DNA of 47,055 bases from Patescibacteria group bacterium (GCA_034658935.1 JAYEGE010000004.1:1-47055), one strand, 5' to 3'; positions 1 through 10,557 are shown, counted from the first letter of the stretch. Program-made: numbers and translations. The notes: generated by a model not told the origin, from the letters alone.

Positions 1-1
1 G

Positions 2-778
2 ACCAATAATACCGAAACCTACGGTGCTGTGGTCAGCTATGTGATACTTAATTTGGAATCTTTTGACTGCCGCCTGGGTCAATGCGCCAAAATAATTGGT
101 CTCATTGCCGGGCGAGCCTGGACCAGTGAGAGCCACCTTAGTGTCTGGGTCGCGGTTAAGTAGTCGCTGGGCATCCCCGACCTCAGGGTGCACCACATTC
201 AGATACAAAACTCTGGTGAAAGTGGGCGAAACAGGCTGCCCAATTGGTGTGTCAGGCTCTCCTGTATCATCCGCGTTATTATCGTCATCATCGTCGTCGT
301 CATCCACGTCATCGTCGTCGTCATCCACGTCATCGTCGTCGTCATCCACGTCATCGTCGCCCCTTGGAGTACCAGTACTGCCAGACGGCCCACTGCTGTT
401 CCCAGGATTACCACTACTACAGGCGGTAGACGAAGGGGTAATCGCATAGGTGCCCGACCCGCTAGGCAAAGTTACGCTACTGGTCTCACAAACAACCTCA
501 TTCCCTCCGAGAGTAACTCTTAAAGAGGCCACGGAAGTGTCACTGGTGGTAACCGTGAAGCGGGAGTTGGCATCGGGATTAGTAACCTGAAGTTGGCCGC
601 TGGTCACCACAGTCTCGGCCCTAGATCCACTAGAAATGGTTAAGTCGGCAGTAACTCCACTGCCAGCAACACTGTCGACAGTAACGTCACCATTGGCAGT
701 AAAGTCAGTGGTAGCAGCCTGAGCAACCAATCCAACCCCCAGGAAAACCAGTCCGAAAATAATTGAATATTTTTTCAT
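2..778 (-). CDS. Secreted peptidoglycan-binding-domain surface protein (3' end runs off the window)
   Basis: Absent from the ORF track because it is truncated. Manual translation from ATG 778: signal peptide MKKYSIIFGLVFLGVGLVAQA, Ser/Thr-rich region, poly-Asp linker, then PG_binding_1-like GPGSPGNETNYFGALTQAAVKRFQ. Confidence 0.85.
   Translation of the reverse strand, partial: MKKYSIIFGLVFLGVGLVAQAATTDFTANGDVTVDSVAGSGVTADLTISSGSRAETVVTSGQLQVTNPDANSRFTVTTSDTSVASLRVTLGGNEVVCETSSVTLPSGSGTYAITPSSTACSSGNPGNSSGPSGSTGTPRGDDDVDDDDDDVDDDDDDVDDDDDDDDNNADDTGEPDTPIGQPVSPTFTRVLYLNVVHPEVGDAQRLLNRDPDTKVALTGPGSPGNETNYFGALTQAAVKRFQIKYHIADHSTVGFGIIG
288..359. repeat. 21-bp tandem repeat, ~3.4 copies, encoding (DVDDDDD)n
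   Basis: TCATCGTCGTCGTCATCCACG at 288-308, 309-329, 330-350, plus a partial copy 351-359. Confidence 0.95.
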
Positions 779-900
779 AAATAATTAAGTCGATAATTTC
801 CTTATATATTAGCACCGACGAGCAAAAGTCGTCTGCGTACATTATACACGGGATCGAGAGGCAAAAAACTCGAAAAGGGAAGAAGCCGTGGATAAGTGGA

Positions 901-3009
901 TTACTGGACAATTGGATTATGACCAGCTCTGATCTCTTTTATAATCACCTCAATCTGGGCGGCGCCGTCAGGGAATCTAGACTTGGCCTCAGCAAGGATG
1001 GCGAGAGCCTCAGCCTTACGTCCCAGCACAAATTCTGAGGCCGCCCAAGAAAGCCAACTATCTGAATTGGTTGGGTCGCTTTCAACCTGCTCTTGCCAAA
1101 GCCTCGGCAGGGGTTCATAACGCTCAGCTTCGACGAGCATATTGACATATAGGCTCCTCGCTACCGGATAACTATCATCCAACTCGTAGGCCAATCGTGC
1201 CAAGTTTAAGGACTCATCAATATCTCCCCTAGCGTTAAGGGCTCGGGCCAAAGCAAAAATCACCTGCTGTTTACGAGGAGCCAGCTCTCTGACCTCCTCT
1301 AATTCGATGACGGCCTCGTCAACCAAACCAACCTGTAAGAGAAAAGAACCTAGAAAAAGATGTGACCTCACATCAGCTGGCGATTTATCAACCTGTTTCC
1401 GTAGCTCATCAATAGTAAGACCTGCTATTTTATCTTTAACTGCAACTGGGGCCCGCTCATCTGCTACTACCTGGGATGCCAAATTAAGTATTTGATCTCT
1501 TATCTCCCTATTAACAAAAGTATTGTGACCCAAGGCCTGCTCGAAAAGGGCAACGCCGCGATCAACGTCTGACTCTGACAATGCATGGATGAGGGTACGC
1601 GCCGCCAAAATGGGCTTAATATTGACTACATAGATAGACGAGGCCGTGGCAACAACTAAAATCAAAGCGAAGACTTGGAGATAAAAACTTCTGCTAGGTA
1701 CTGCCCGAGAGACCACTGTATCTTGCTCGTTAAGTTTTGATCTCGTCCCAAAGGAGCGAAAATGAATGTAGGCCAGTAAAGAGAGAAAGGGTAAATAACT
1801 GGTTAGATTGTCGAAGACAAAAATATTATGGAAAAAATAGGCCGCCAATAGGCCAGTAAAAATGGTCGACTCGATTATCGAGAAGCGGCCAGACCTCCTC
1901 CACAGATAATACAAGGCGGCGATAAAAAGTGACAAGTAGGACAAAAGACCGAGAGCGCCAGCATTGACCATCCAGTCAAGAAAAATATTATGTGACCGGT
2001 CAAACCAAAGCTCCTGGCGCCAAAGCTTAGGCTCATAATATTTATTAAAAACCACAGGGAAATTTCCTGGCCCCCAACCCAAGACCGGCTTCTCAACAAA
2101 ACTTCGTAAAGTCATCTGCCAAATAGTCAAGCGTGACTCAGTGGTTCTCTCAGTCAAAGAAATAGCAGCGAAGCGAGACAGCACCGGGCTTCCTTGGATA
2201 AAGCTACTCTCTTTAACCAAGAAGAAGCTACCCGATAAGACGGCTACGGCAATCAAGCCAATAGCGGCAAACTTTCTAGTTAGCGCCCCCTTCTTGCCAA
2301 AGATGGTCAACAATATTAGAGCAACTAGAATACCACCAATTAGGCCAAGAATGGCTCCCCGGGTAGCGGTGTAGTAAAGAATAATTACTTGAAGTATCAT
2401 AATTAGTCCATAGACATAGCGTCGCCACTTTATGGCCCAATCCTTAATGGCCAACCAAGCAGTAATGAAAAAATGGATCTGCATGAAGATGGCCAAATAA
2501 ACCGCATTGCCGAGGGTTGCATCTAGGCGAACTGTGCCTTGATGAATAGCCAGCTGGCCGGTCAACTGGAGCAAGCCGTAAGCTCCAAGAATAACGCTCA
2601 CTCCGACTGATACTTGGAAAAATCTCCGCCACGATAACTCCGAATTCAAAAAGGAGCCGAGGACCAAGAAAAAGGCGAGGAGATGCAGGTAGCCGATTAA
2701 GCCCTCCATCCGCTCGAAACTAGACCAAAAACTAACGTAAGGATCAACGCCAAAGACAGTGGCCAAGGCAGCAAACAAAACCAACGAACCGAGGCCAACC
2801 AATAAGCCAGACTTTCGTGGCCGACATTCCGGCTTAAGCCAGATCAGAATCAGCCATAGGGCTAGAGCTACTTCTATTACAATCCTGAAAAAGAAAGCCT
2901 TACCGGCGATGAAAGGAAAAAGCAGGGAGTTAGAGACAATCAGGGGCGTAAACAGAAGACTAAAAAGCAAAACGGTAATCGCCCACGACAAGATATAGGT
3001 TAGTCTCAT
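901..3009 (-). CDS. O-antigen ligase / O-oligosaccharyltransferase-like membrane protein with C-terminal TPR-like repeats
   Basis: Many TM helices; motifs ATLGNAVY, TATRGA, SRLTIW, GWGPGNF, DRSHN. Start moved to ATG 3009, 6 nt after the -10-like TACATT. Confidence 0.85.
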   Translation of the reverse strand: MRLTYILSWAITVLLFSLLFTPLIVSNSLLFPFIAGKAFFFRIVIEVALALWLILIWLKPECRPRKSGLLVGLGSLVLFAALATVFGVDPYVSFWSSFERMEGLIGYLHLLAFFLVLGSFLNSELSWRRFFQVSVGVSVILGAYGLLQLTGQLAIHQGTVRLDATLGNAVYLAIFMQIHFFITAWLAIKDWAIKWRRYVYGLIMILQVIILYYTATRGAILGLIGGILVALILLTIFGKKGALTRKFAAIGLIAVAVLSGSFFLVKESSFIQGSPVLSRFAAISLTERTTESRLTIWQMTLRSFVEKPVLGWGPGNFPVVFNKYYEPKLWRQELWFDRSHNIFLDWMVNAGALGLLSYLSLFIAALYYLWRRSGRFSIIESTIFTGLLAAYFFHNIFVFDNLTSYLPFLSLLAYIHFRSFGTRSKLNEQDTVVSRAVPSRSFYLQVFALILVVATASSIYVVNIKPILAARTLIHALSESDVDRGVALFEQALGHNTFVNREIRDQILNLASQVVADERAPVAVKDKIAGLTIDELRKQVDKSPADVRSHLFLGSFLLQVGLVDEAVIELEEVRELAPRKQQVIFALARALNARGDIDESLNLARLAYELDDSYPVARSLYVNMLVEAERYEPLPRLWQEQVESDPTNSDSWLSWAASEFVLGRKAEALAILAEAKSRFPDGAAQIEVIIKEIRAGHNPIVQ

Positions 3010-3107
3010 CAGGTTAATGTAAACCAAGGCCGGCCGTGAGTCAAATTTGTGGAGACAAAGGATGCTCGGGTTGAAATAAAGAGGATCTTTATTTACAATA
3101 CCTACAC

Positions 3108-4154
3108 GTGAAAAAAGCATTAATTACCGGGATCACCGGCCAAGACGGTTCTTATTTGGCAGAATTCTTACTCAAAAAGGGGTACGAGGTGCACGGTATC
3201 TTTAGACGTTCAAGCTCCTTTAACACCGCACGGATTGAACACATTTTACAAGATCCACACACCCCAAATGTTAAACTGAGTGGGCATTATGGCGATCTCG
3301 GCGACTCAAGCTCTTTAAACCGCATCTTAGAACAAGTGCGGCCAAATGAAATATACAATCTTGGTGCCCAAAGTCATGTTCGAGTATCATTTGACGTCCC
3401 CGAATTTACGACGGACGTAGTGGCCATAGGCGCCCTACGCCTATTAGACGCCATCCGCGAGACCGGATTGGAAACACGTTTCTACCAGGCCGCATCATCA
3501 GAGATGTTTGGTAAAGTCCGAGAGACCCCACAAACAGAAGAGACGCCCTTTCATCCACGCTCGCCCTATGGTTGCGCCAAAGTTTATGCCTATTGGATTA
3601 CCCGCAATTATCGCGAAGCTTATAAACTCTTCGCCTGCAACGGCATCCTTTTCAACCATGAGAGCGAGCGGCGCGGCGAGACCTTTGTTACTAGGAAAAT
3701 CACCACTGGCTTCGCCAAAATAAAACTTGGCCTAGTTAAACGTATTTATTTGGGCAATTTAAATGCCAAACGTGACTGGGGACACGCCAAAGATTATGTT
3801 GAGGGCATGTGGCTAATGCTCCAACAGCCTAAGCCAGACGACTATGTCCTAGCAACTGGTAAAACTCATTCGGTGCGCGAATTCGCCGAAGAGGCAGCGC
3901 GTCATTTCGGTTATGATTTAGTCTGGAGAGGCAAAGGACTGCGGGAAAAGGGGCTGGACCGGAAAAGCGGTAAGACCCTGATCGAAATAGACTCTCGCTA
4001 TTACCGCCCAGCCGAAGTTGATCTGCTACTTGGTAACGCCGAAAAAGCGAAGGCTGTTCTGGGCTGGAAACCTAAAATAACTTTCAAGAAATTAGCTAAG
4101 CTAATGGCCGAATCAGATCTCAAGCGACTAAAAAACAACGGGAGTCGGATATAA
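3108..4154 (+). CDS. gmd: GDP-mannose 4,6-dehydratase
   Basis: [58 protein letters not shown]. Confidence 0.97.
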   Translation: MKKALITGITGQDGSYLAEFLLKKGYEVHGIFRRSSSFNTARIEHILQDPHTPNVKLSGHYGDLGDSSSLNRILEQVRPNEIYNLGAQSHVRVSFDVPEFTTDVVAIGALRLLDAIRETGLETRFYQAASSEMFGKVRETPQTEETPFHPRSPYGCAKVYAYWITRNYREAYKLFACNGILFNHESERRGETFVTRKITTGFAKIKLGLVKRIYLGNLNAKRDWGHAKDYVEGMWLMLQQPKPDDYVLATGKTHSVREFAEEAARHFGYDLVWRGKGLREKGLDRKSGKTLIEIDSRYYRPAEVDLLLGNAEKAKAVLGWKPKITFKKLAKLMAESDLKRLKNNGSRI

Positions 4155-4163
4155 GCGACAAGC

Positions 4164-4847
4164 CTATATCTTGGCGAATTTTTTGCCGGCCAAAAATTCC
4201 TTAATGATTACCCACAAGATTTCTAGCCCCGTTTTTATTGGACTCATTTTCCTCTCACCACCAATACGAGCCGGCTCGTCTACTCCAACCTCGGTCACCC
4301 TTAGGCCAGCTTTAGCAAATTGAATTGATTGTTGGGTCGTCCAGGATAGGCCGCGAGTGTTTATGTCTAATTGGTCGTGGGCAGACCGGCGATAGGCCCG
4401 AAAACCAACCAGGGTATCAGTATAATGAGCCCGAAAGAGAACGTTGATTAGAGCGGTAAAGAACCAGTTGCCGAGACGGGTAATAAAGTCATCATCATAA
4501 CTTTTTGCGCCATCACAGTAGCGAGAGGCAATGACTAAATCGTAGCCTTCATTGAGTTTATCGAGAACCTTAGGGATGCCCTCCGGCAAAGAACTACCAT
4601 CGGGCGGGAATTCGATAATTACGTCAGCATCGGTCAAAGCCAAGGCCTCGAGATAGCCGGCCCCATAGCCACGACTCTGTTGGTGATGAATACGATAACC
4701 ATTTTCCTTACAATACTCTATTGTCCCATCAGTAGAGTTTAGGTCAACGATAATGATCTCATCCAGTCCCTTGCCCTTCAATCTAGGAAGAACCGCGCGC
4801 AGCCCTTCAACTTCGTTAATGGTTGGGGCAATTAAAGTAACTTTCAT
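4164..4847 (-). CDS. GT2 glycosyltransferase (DPM1/polyprenol-phosphate glycosyltransferase-like)
   Basis: IAPTINE, VDLNSTDGT, SRGYG, LVIASRY, YTDTLVGFRAY. Confidence 0.85.
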   Translation of the reverse strand: MKVTLIAPTINEVEGLRAVLPRLKGKGLDEIIIVDLNSTDGTIEYCKENGYRIHHQQSRGYGAGYLEALALTDADVIIEFPPDGSSLPEGIPKVLDKLNEGYDLVIASRYCDGAKSYDDDFITRLGNWFFTALINVLFRAHYTDTLVGFRAYRRSAHDQLDINTRGLSWTTQQSIQFAKAGLRVTEVGVDEPARIGGERKMSPIKTGLEILWVIIKEFLAGKKFAKI

Positions 4848-4932
4848 ATTTAAATTATCATATTTTTAAGTTAAGACCATATGCTAACAATTAAAGTAAC
4901 GGCCAGCAAGATTATGGGGCGAAAATGCAATA

Positions 4933-5013
4933 TTGACTTTCTCCCCATGATTAAGTAAGTTGACCAAGTACAGGTAATAGTTCCTTGAAAAACAAACCCT
5001 AATATACGAGGAG
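4933..5013 (+). promoter_or_regulatory. sigma70 promoter, boxA-like motif and SD of the radical SAM gene
   Basis: TTGACT(4933)-17 nt-TAAGTT(4956); GTTCCTTGAAAA 4980-4991; GAGGAG 5008-5013. Confidence 0.65.
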
Positions 5014-5019
5014 ATCGAG

Positions 5020-6975
5020 ATGACGGGTACCAAGCATTCAGTGCTGATGGCCCAAGCGAATTATCGATACGGGAGAAACGTCTTTATCCCCTATTCGATT
5101 GGTTCGCTTCAGGCCTACGCCCAAACCCGTCCAGAAATACAGGAGGGGTTCCAGTTCCAAGAGCCGCTTTTTCTGCGGACCGACCCAAGTGAGGTTGTTA
5201 GAAACGCCGGGAACCCGGCCATCGCCTGCTTATCGTGCTATATCTGGAATTGGGAATACAATAAGGCCCTAGCCAGAGCAATCCGAGCTTCCTTCCCAAG
5301 ATGCCTAATCATCTTCGGAGGGACCCAAGTGCCAGACGCTTCTGAAGGCTTTTTCGCCAGACACCCTTACGTGGATCTCCTGGTCCACCAAGAAGGGGAA
5401 CTCACCTTCGCGGAGATCCTCCGTCAATTCCTTTCGGCCCACCCCGACTACACCCAGGTCTCAGGACTAAGCGTGCGAGTCGAGGGAAACAAAACCCTGA
5501 AAACGAAGCCAGCTGGCAGAATCATGGATCTCTCCCAATTACCGTCGCCGTATTTGTCGGGCATCTTCGATTTTATACTGGGCCGAGGCTTTACGCTCAA
5601 CGTAAGCCAGGAGACAAACAGGGGCTGTCCCTATGGCTGCGCCTTCTGCGACTGGGGTGGGAACACCCACAACAAGCTGTACACCATTGACGAGGCCAGA
5701 ATCCTGGCCGAGTTTGAGTGGTTTGGCAAACACCAGGTGGGGTATCTCTTCAATTGCGACGCCAATTTTGGGATATTGCCACGTGATCATGGTTTACTGA
5801 GGAAAATGCTGGCAATACGTACCGAGCACGGCGGCTTCCCCGAAAAATTCCGAATGTGCACGGCCAAGAACAGCGACAATGGCATCTTCGACATCGCCAT
5901 GACGTTGAACGAAGCTGGAATGAGCAAGGGGGCAACCCTCTCCTTCCAAAGTATGGACCCTAAGACCTTGAGGGCCGTCGGGCGCAGTAATATCAGATTG
6001 GAGATGTTCTCTGCGCTTATGGCCCGCTACAGACAAGCCGATATGCCAACCTACACCGAGCTCATCATGGGCATGCCGGGCGAAACTTACGAGACCACCA
6101 AGCGCGGTGTCGACGAAATAATCGATGGGCAAGATGATGTGGTCAATATCCACGCTTACGTTTGCGGGATGTTGCCCAACTCACGGATGAGCCAGCCAGA
6201 TTACGTCAAGCAACATGGGATCAAAGCTGTCAGAATGCCGATCCTGCTCGCCCACAGCACACCAGAGCCAGGGTCTCTGCCCGAATACCAGGATGTTGTG
6301 GTGGAAACAGCCACCATGCCCCAAGCTGACTGGCAGCGAGCCTACGAGTTCTATTGGGCAGTCCAGACCTTCCATTGTCTGGGCCTGCTACAACATATTG
6401 CCATTGTTTGTCGGCGGCTTGGCGGTATCAATTACAGCGATTTCTATGAGCGGCTAATCGAGTACTTCGCCGGCCGCGAAGAAACCCTGATTGGTGGGCA
6501 AATTGCCCTAATAAGACGCCTGGTGCGCAGCTCACTTACGGGCGGACGACTTGACCTGGTCTCACCTCGGTTCGGCGATATCTATTGGCCATTGGAAGAA
6601 GTCAGCTTTCTCACGCTCATATCTGAGAAGGGGCGATGCTCCCAAGAAATTAGGCCGTTCGTCGCTCAGATGCTCCGGGGACGAGCGGAGGTGGCAGACG
6701 CTGGGTTCCAAGACGACCTGATTCTTTACGGATCATCAATAGTCAAGGGCCCGCATGATTCTGAAGCCACCATAACACTTGCCCATGATCTCCATGAGTA
6801 TTTCGGCCAACCGGAAAGCTGGGAAACCTTTCCCGCAAGAGTCTGCTCATCGGTACACGTCAAGCCAGAGCGCTGCTTCGGTGGCAATCTGGTGGAATAC
6901 GCCAGAGAAATCGTATGGTACGGCAGAAAAGGTGGGAAATTCCACCATTCTGACGTAACCAGCAGGCTCCTCTGA
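5020..6975 (+). CDS. Cobalamin-binding (class B-like) radical SAM protein
   Basis: SCYIWNWEY, IFGGTQV and QEGE in the B12-binding domain; ETNRGCPYGCAFCDW (CxxxCxxC); DANFG; ELIMGMPGET. Confidence 0.9.
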   Translation: MTGTKHSVLMAQANYRYGRNVFIPYSIGSLQAYAQTRPEIQEGFQFQEPLFLRTDPSEVVRNAGNPAIACLSCYIWNWEYNKALARAIRASFPRCLIIFGGTQVPDASEGFFARHPYVDLLVHQEGELTFAEILRQFLSAHPDYTQVSGLSVRVEGNKTLKTKPAGRIMDLSQLPSPYLSGIFDFILGRGFTLNVSQETNRGCPYGCAFCDWGGNTHNKLYTIDEARILAEFEWFGKHQVGYLFNCDANFGILPRDHGLLRKMLAIRTEHGGFPEKFRMCTAKNSDNGIFDIAMTLNEAGMSKGATLSFQSMDPKTLRAVGRSNIRLEMFSALMARYRQADMPTYTELIMGMPGETYETTKRGVDEIIDGQDDVVNIHAYVCGMLPNSRMSQPDYVKQHGIKAVRMPILLAHSTPEPGSLPEYQDVVVETATMPQADWQRAYEFYWAVQTFHCLGLLQHIAIVCRRLGGINYSDFYERLIEYFAGREETLIGGQIALIRRLVRSSLTGGRLDLVSPRFGDIYWPLEEVSFLTLISEKGRCSQEIRPFVAQMLRGRAEVADAGFQDDLILYGSSIVKGPHDSEATITLAHDLHEYFGQPESWETFPARVCSSVHVKPERCFGGNLVEYAREIVWYGRKGGKFHHSDVTSRLL

Positions 6976-6977
6976 GC

Positions 6978-7017
6978 AAGCCCCCCGCCGGCAACAGCCG
7001 GCCGGGGGCTTATTTTT
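6978..7017 (+). terminator. Intrinsic terminator
   Basis: AAGCCCCCCGCCGGC-AACA-GCCGGCCGGGGGCTT followed by ATTTTT, just after the stop codon. Confidence 0.85.
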
Positions 7018-7058
7018 AAATTGCGCATAATCATATGTTTCGGTAATCTATGTGATAC

Positions 7059-7841
7059 ATGGGCATCATAAAAAGGATATTGCTGGATAAGGAATACGAG
7101 GAGAAGAAAGCGGAATATGGGCTAGACGCCCCAGAAATGACTATCTACCACCGCGAGATAATCCTCCGAAAGAGATTCATTAAGAAGCTCTACCTGGACT
7201 GGTATGCAGATATCCTGGCTAAGATTGACACCGCTGGTAAAGTACTAGAACTGGGTTCCGGGGGTGGTTTTCTGAAAGACGTCGCGCCCTCAATTATCAC
7301 TTCCGACATCCTGCCATTACCTAATTGCGATATGACAGTTAACGCCTACCGATTACCATTCGCTGACAAAGAGCTCGCGGCCATAATAATGATCGACACT
7401 CTCCACCACATGGGAGAATGCCACCGTTTTTTCACAGAAGCAGAGCGAGCCCTCCGTCAGGGGGGAAAAATCATAATGATCGAACCCGCCAATACCGCCT
7501 GGAGCCGTTTTGTTTACCACAGTTTCCATCACGAACCATTCAATGAGAATGCCGCCGAATGGAACTTCCCTTCCGCGGGCCCGATGTCAATGGCCAATGG
7601 AGCGCTGCCATGGATAGTTTTCACGCGCGACAAACTAAAATTTGAGGCCGATTATCCTAACTTTAAAATCGCCCCCATACGGCGGCATACTCCGTTCCGC
7701 TACCCATTAAGCGGCGGCTTGTCCTATAAATCGCTCCTGCCTGGCTGGCTCCATGGAGCAGCAAAGCTAACCGAGCGATTATTATCCCCGTTCAACCAGC
7801 AACTTGCCATGTTCCAGACCATTGAAATAACCAAAACTTAA
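7059..7841 (+). CDS. Class I SAM-dependent methyltransferase
   Basis: VLELGSGGG motif I, LPF, DTLHH, RALRQGG. Confidence 0.85.
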   Translation: MGIIKRILLDKEYEEKKAEYGLDAPEMTIYHREIILRKRFIKKLYLDWYADILAKIDTAGKVLELGSGGGFLKDVAPSIITSDILPLPNCDMTVNAYRLPFADKELAAIIMIDTLHHMGECHRFFTEAERALRQGGKIIMIEPANTAWSRFVYHSFHHEPFNENAAEWNFPSAGPMSMANGALPWIVFTRDKLKFEADYPNFKIAPIRRHTPFRYPLSGGLSYKSLLPGWLHGAAKLTERLLSPFNQQLAMFQTIEITKT

Positions 7842-7849
7842 TATAGTCT

Positions 7850-8800
7850 ATGCTTAAAAAATCTAAAATATTCGTCGCTGGACATCACGGGCTAGTTGGC
7901 TCAGCCATAATTAGACTCTTAGAGAAACGAGGCTACGAGAACCTTGTCACAAGAACCAGGCAAGAATTAGATCTGCTAGACCAAAAAGCCGTCGCCAGGT
8001 TTTTTAAACGAGAAAGGCCCGAATACGTCTTCTTGGCTGCAGCTAAGGTTGGTGGTATTGTGGCCAATAATACCTACCCAGCTGATTTTATTTATCAAAA
8101 TTTAGTTATCCAGAACAATATTATCCATAACGCATACGCCAGTGGTGTAAAAAAATTATTGTTTCTGGGCAGCTCCTGCATCTATCCTCGTCTAGCTAAA
8201 CAGCCGATGAAGGAAGAATATCTCATGACTGGCCCCCTAGAGCCCACTAACGCGGCTTACGCAGCAGCCAAAATCGCCGGCATCATTATGTGTCAATCCT
8301 ATAACCGGCAACACGGTACGAATTATATCAGTCTGATGCCCACCAATCTCTACGGCCCCAACGACAATTTCGACTTGGAAAACTCTCATGTATTACCGGC
8401 TTTAATTCGCAAATTCCATGAAGCAAAGACGGGCAAGGCGGACAAAGTAGTACTTTGGGGGAGCGGTAGCCCGAGACGAGAATTCTTACATGTTGATGAT
8501 TTGGCCAGCGCTTGCCTGTTCTTAATGAGGAAATATAGCGGCTCAGACATTGTTAATGTCGGCACCGGCGAGGATCTATCAATTAAAAAGCTGGCAGAAA
8601 TGGTTAAAAAAAATGTGGGTTATCACGGAAAGATTATCTGGGACACGGCCAGGCCCGACGGCACACCCAGAAAATTATTGGACGTCAGCAAACTCACCGC
8701 CCTGGGCTGGCAATCACAAATTAAATTACCAGAAGGGATTAAGTCCGCTCATGATTGGTATACAAAAAATCTCGAGCGGCCTTCCGGCGCCCGAGATTAA
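7850..8800 (+). CDS. fcl: GDP-L-fucose synthase
   Basis: [56 protein letters not shown]. Confidence 0.95.
   Translation: MLKKSKIFVAGHHGLVGSAIIRLLEKRGYENLVTRTRQELDLLDQKAVARFFKRERPEYVFLAAAKVGGIVANNTYPADFIYQNLVIQNNIIHNAYASGVKKLLFLGSSCIYPRLAKQPMKEEYLMTGPLEPTNAAYAAAKIAGIIMCQSYNRQHGTNYISLMPTNLYGPNDNFDLENSHVLPALIRKFHEAKTGKADKVVLWGSGSPRREFLHVDDLASACLFLMRKYSGSDIVNVGTGEDLSIKKLAEMVKKNVGYHGKIIWDTARPDGTPRKLLDVSKLTALGWQSQIKLPEGIKSAHDWYTKNLERPSGARD
8764..8798 (-). terminator. Intrinsic terminator of the Nudix gene, lying inside the 3' end of fcl
   Basis: Minus strand AATCTCGGGCGCC-GGAA-GGCCGCTCGAGATT then TTTT; GNRA loop. Confidence 0.75.
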
Positions 8801-8817
8801 AGTCCGAACTGATGGAA

Positions 8818-9435
8818 TCACCGCCGACCAAGCAATAATCTCCTGGCGATAGGAAAGATCGAGCGGCAAACCGAATCTTGGCCATAGCCAAACTCAGACC
8901 ACACCGGCATGTCAGTTTCCGCAAACCAATGAACGCCCACCACTTCTTGGCCACCATGTTCGGTCTCACCGAACACAAAACTATCGTCCAGTAGGGCAAC
9001 AAGAAAGGTTAAGCCGATACAATGATCTCTGCCTGGTTCTGGTAGAAAGCCTTCTCTGGGCTCACGAGAATATTGAGCCACCACAGAAGGGGACTCAATT
9101 GGAGTTAGCAAATCAATCTTTACACCAAGGTCAGACGAGAAATGCCGTCGCAGGGCACCTTCGACTGATTCCCCCATTCCAATAACCCCGCCGACCAAAG
9201 CCAACTTACTAGCGCACGGCCCCGTCCCGCGACGAATCACCATTAGCTCAACCCGGCCCGCGTGAACGCGAGCGGGAACACCATCCACACAACTGATCGG
9301 CCCAAGTTGCTCCCGCAATTTAAACACCGGGTGGACCAATAAGCGCCCGCCACCCAAAAACAAATCTGGCCGGCTGCCCAGCTCACGCGCTAGATCCCCC
9401 GTCGGCACATCCTTTAGCGACTCTTGGTTAGGCAT
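8818..9435 (-). CDS. Nudix-fold protein with a degenerate Nudix box (DUF4916/Gmm-like)
   Basis: GGVIGMGESVEGALRRHFSSDLG. Start set at ATG 9435 behind SD GGGAGG (9441-9446); promoter TTGACT(9487)-18 nt-TATTGT. Confidence 0.75.
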   Translation of the reverse strand: MPNQESLKDVPTGDLARELGSRPDLFLGGGRLLVHPVFKLREQLGPISCVDGVPARVHAGRVELMVIRRGTGPCASKLALVGGVIGMGESVEGALRRHFSSDLGVKIDLLTPIESPSVVAQYSREPREGFLPEPGRDHCIGLTFLVALLDDSFVFGETEHGGQEVVGVHWFAETDMPVWSEFGYGQDSVCRSIFPIARRLLLGRR

Positions 9436-9483
9436 ATTGACCTCCCTTCTACACATCACAATAACACGATGACCTAGTGTAAG

Positions 9484-10557
9484 TCAAATTAGGTAAAGGT
9501 CTCTGAGTTTGGCCGCGAAACTAGACGAAACGAAATGTTCCTTAGCAAAATTCGCCGCCCCCTGCCCCATCGCCTCACTCTCCCCTTTCGGCAATTGGCT
9601 GAACTCTCTTATGGCCTCCGCTAGCATTTCAGCGCTTAGTGGATCAACAACCAAACCACATTGAGCCCCCTTAATCACTCGCGGCTGATCACTGACTGCC
9701 GAAGCGATAACTGGCCGGCCGGCCGCTAAATACTCAGATAATTTATGAGGATATTGCAAATCACTTACCCCCCCTTTAACGCGGGGCGAAACCATCACGC
9801 CGCAACTCTTTATAAAGCCTGGCACTCCTTCCCTTTCCACTCGGCCAAGATACTCTACATTTACTAGGCGAGGAAACTTTTTCCTATCCGCGGCGTCAAA
9901 CCCAGCTAAAACAAATTTAAGGCCAGGCTGCGTTTTTTCTAATATCTGTGCCGCCCCCAAGACAAAAGGGAGTCCTTGCCAAAAATTATCGTTGCCAATA
10001 TAACCAACAATTAAATCCTCTCTGGTGGGCGGGGCCTCGTATTTAACGTCAAAATCCACCGGCCCCCACAATACTTTAATTAATTTCGGCCAGGGCACTC
10101 GCCTTTGCAGAAACTCCTGTTGGCTAAAACTCATGGCAATGATAACGTCGGCTAACCACAGGCCGAGATAATCAAAGATCAGCAAAACGGCCCGCCTGAT
10201 AAACGTCAGTTGACCTGCTGTTTCAAACCAAGTCCAACCATGCATCTCAAAGACGATTTTGGCCCGATGATTACAGAATATTTTATAAAGTAGCGCCGGC
10301 AATATCGAGACGGTGGTAAAGCCATGAACAACATCAGGCCGCGACCGACGTAGATAGCTAAGTGTTTTGGATAAAAAATGCCATAACCGACCGGCGCCGA
10401 TTATCTCCAATCTGAGTAATGGGTTAAACGACAGGCCCGTTGGTGCAATTACTGACACCCCGCCCAGATTAGCTGCCGCGTTCATGGTCGTCTTGGCCCT
10501 AATCGGCGTGCCAGTCAATCGCTCTAAACTAAACGGACAAATAAAGGTAATTCGCAT
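9484..10557 (-). CDS. GT4 glycosyltransferase
   Basis: FEMHG, GYIG...WQG, PHKLSEYLAAGRPVIAS. Confidence 0.9.
   Translation of the reverse strand: MRITFICPFSLERLTGTPIRAKTTMNAAANLGGVSVIAPTGLSFNPLLRLEIIGAGRLWHFLSKTLSYLRRSRPDVVHGFTTVSILPALLYKIFCNHRAKIVFEMHGWTWFETAGQLTFIRRAVLLIFDYLGLWLADVIIAMSFSQQEFLQRRVPWPKLIKVLWGPVDFDVKYEAPPTREDLIVGYIGNDNFWQGLPFVLGAAQILEKTQPGLKFVLAGFDAADRKKFPRLVNVEYLGRVEREGVPGFIKSCGVMVSPRVKGGVSDLQYPHKLSEYLAAGRPVIASAVSDQPRVIKGAQCGLVVDPLSAEMLAEAIREFSQLPKGESEAMGQGAANFAKEHFVSSSFAAKLRDLYLI

Noticed and set aside
288-359. Possible CRISPR array
   Set aside because: Head-to-tail repeats with no spacers, inside a CDS, and no cas genes.
96-523. Track ORFs encoding poly-Ser, poly-Val/Ile or Arg/His
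   Set aside because: Shadow frames of the Asp-rich repeat; the real gene is the truncated minus-strand ORF from 778.
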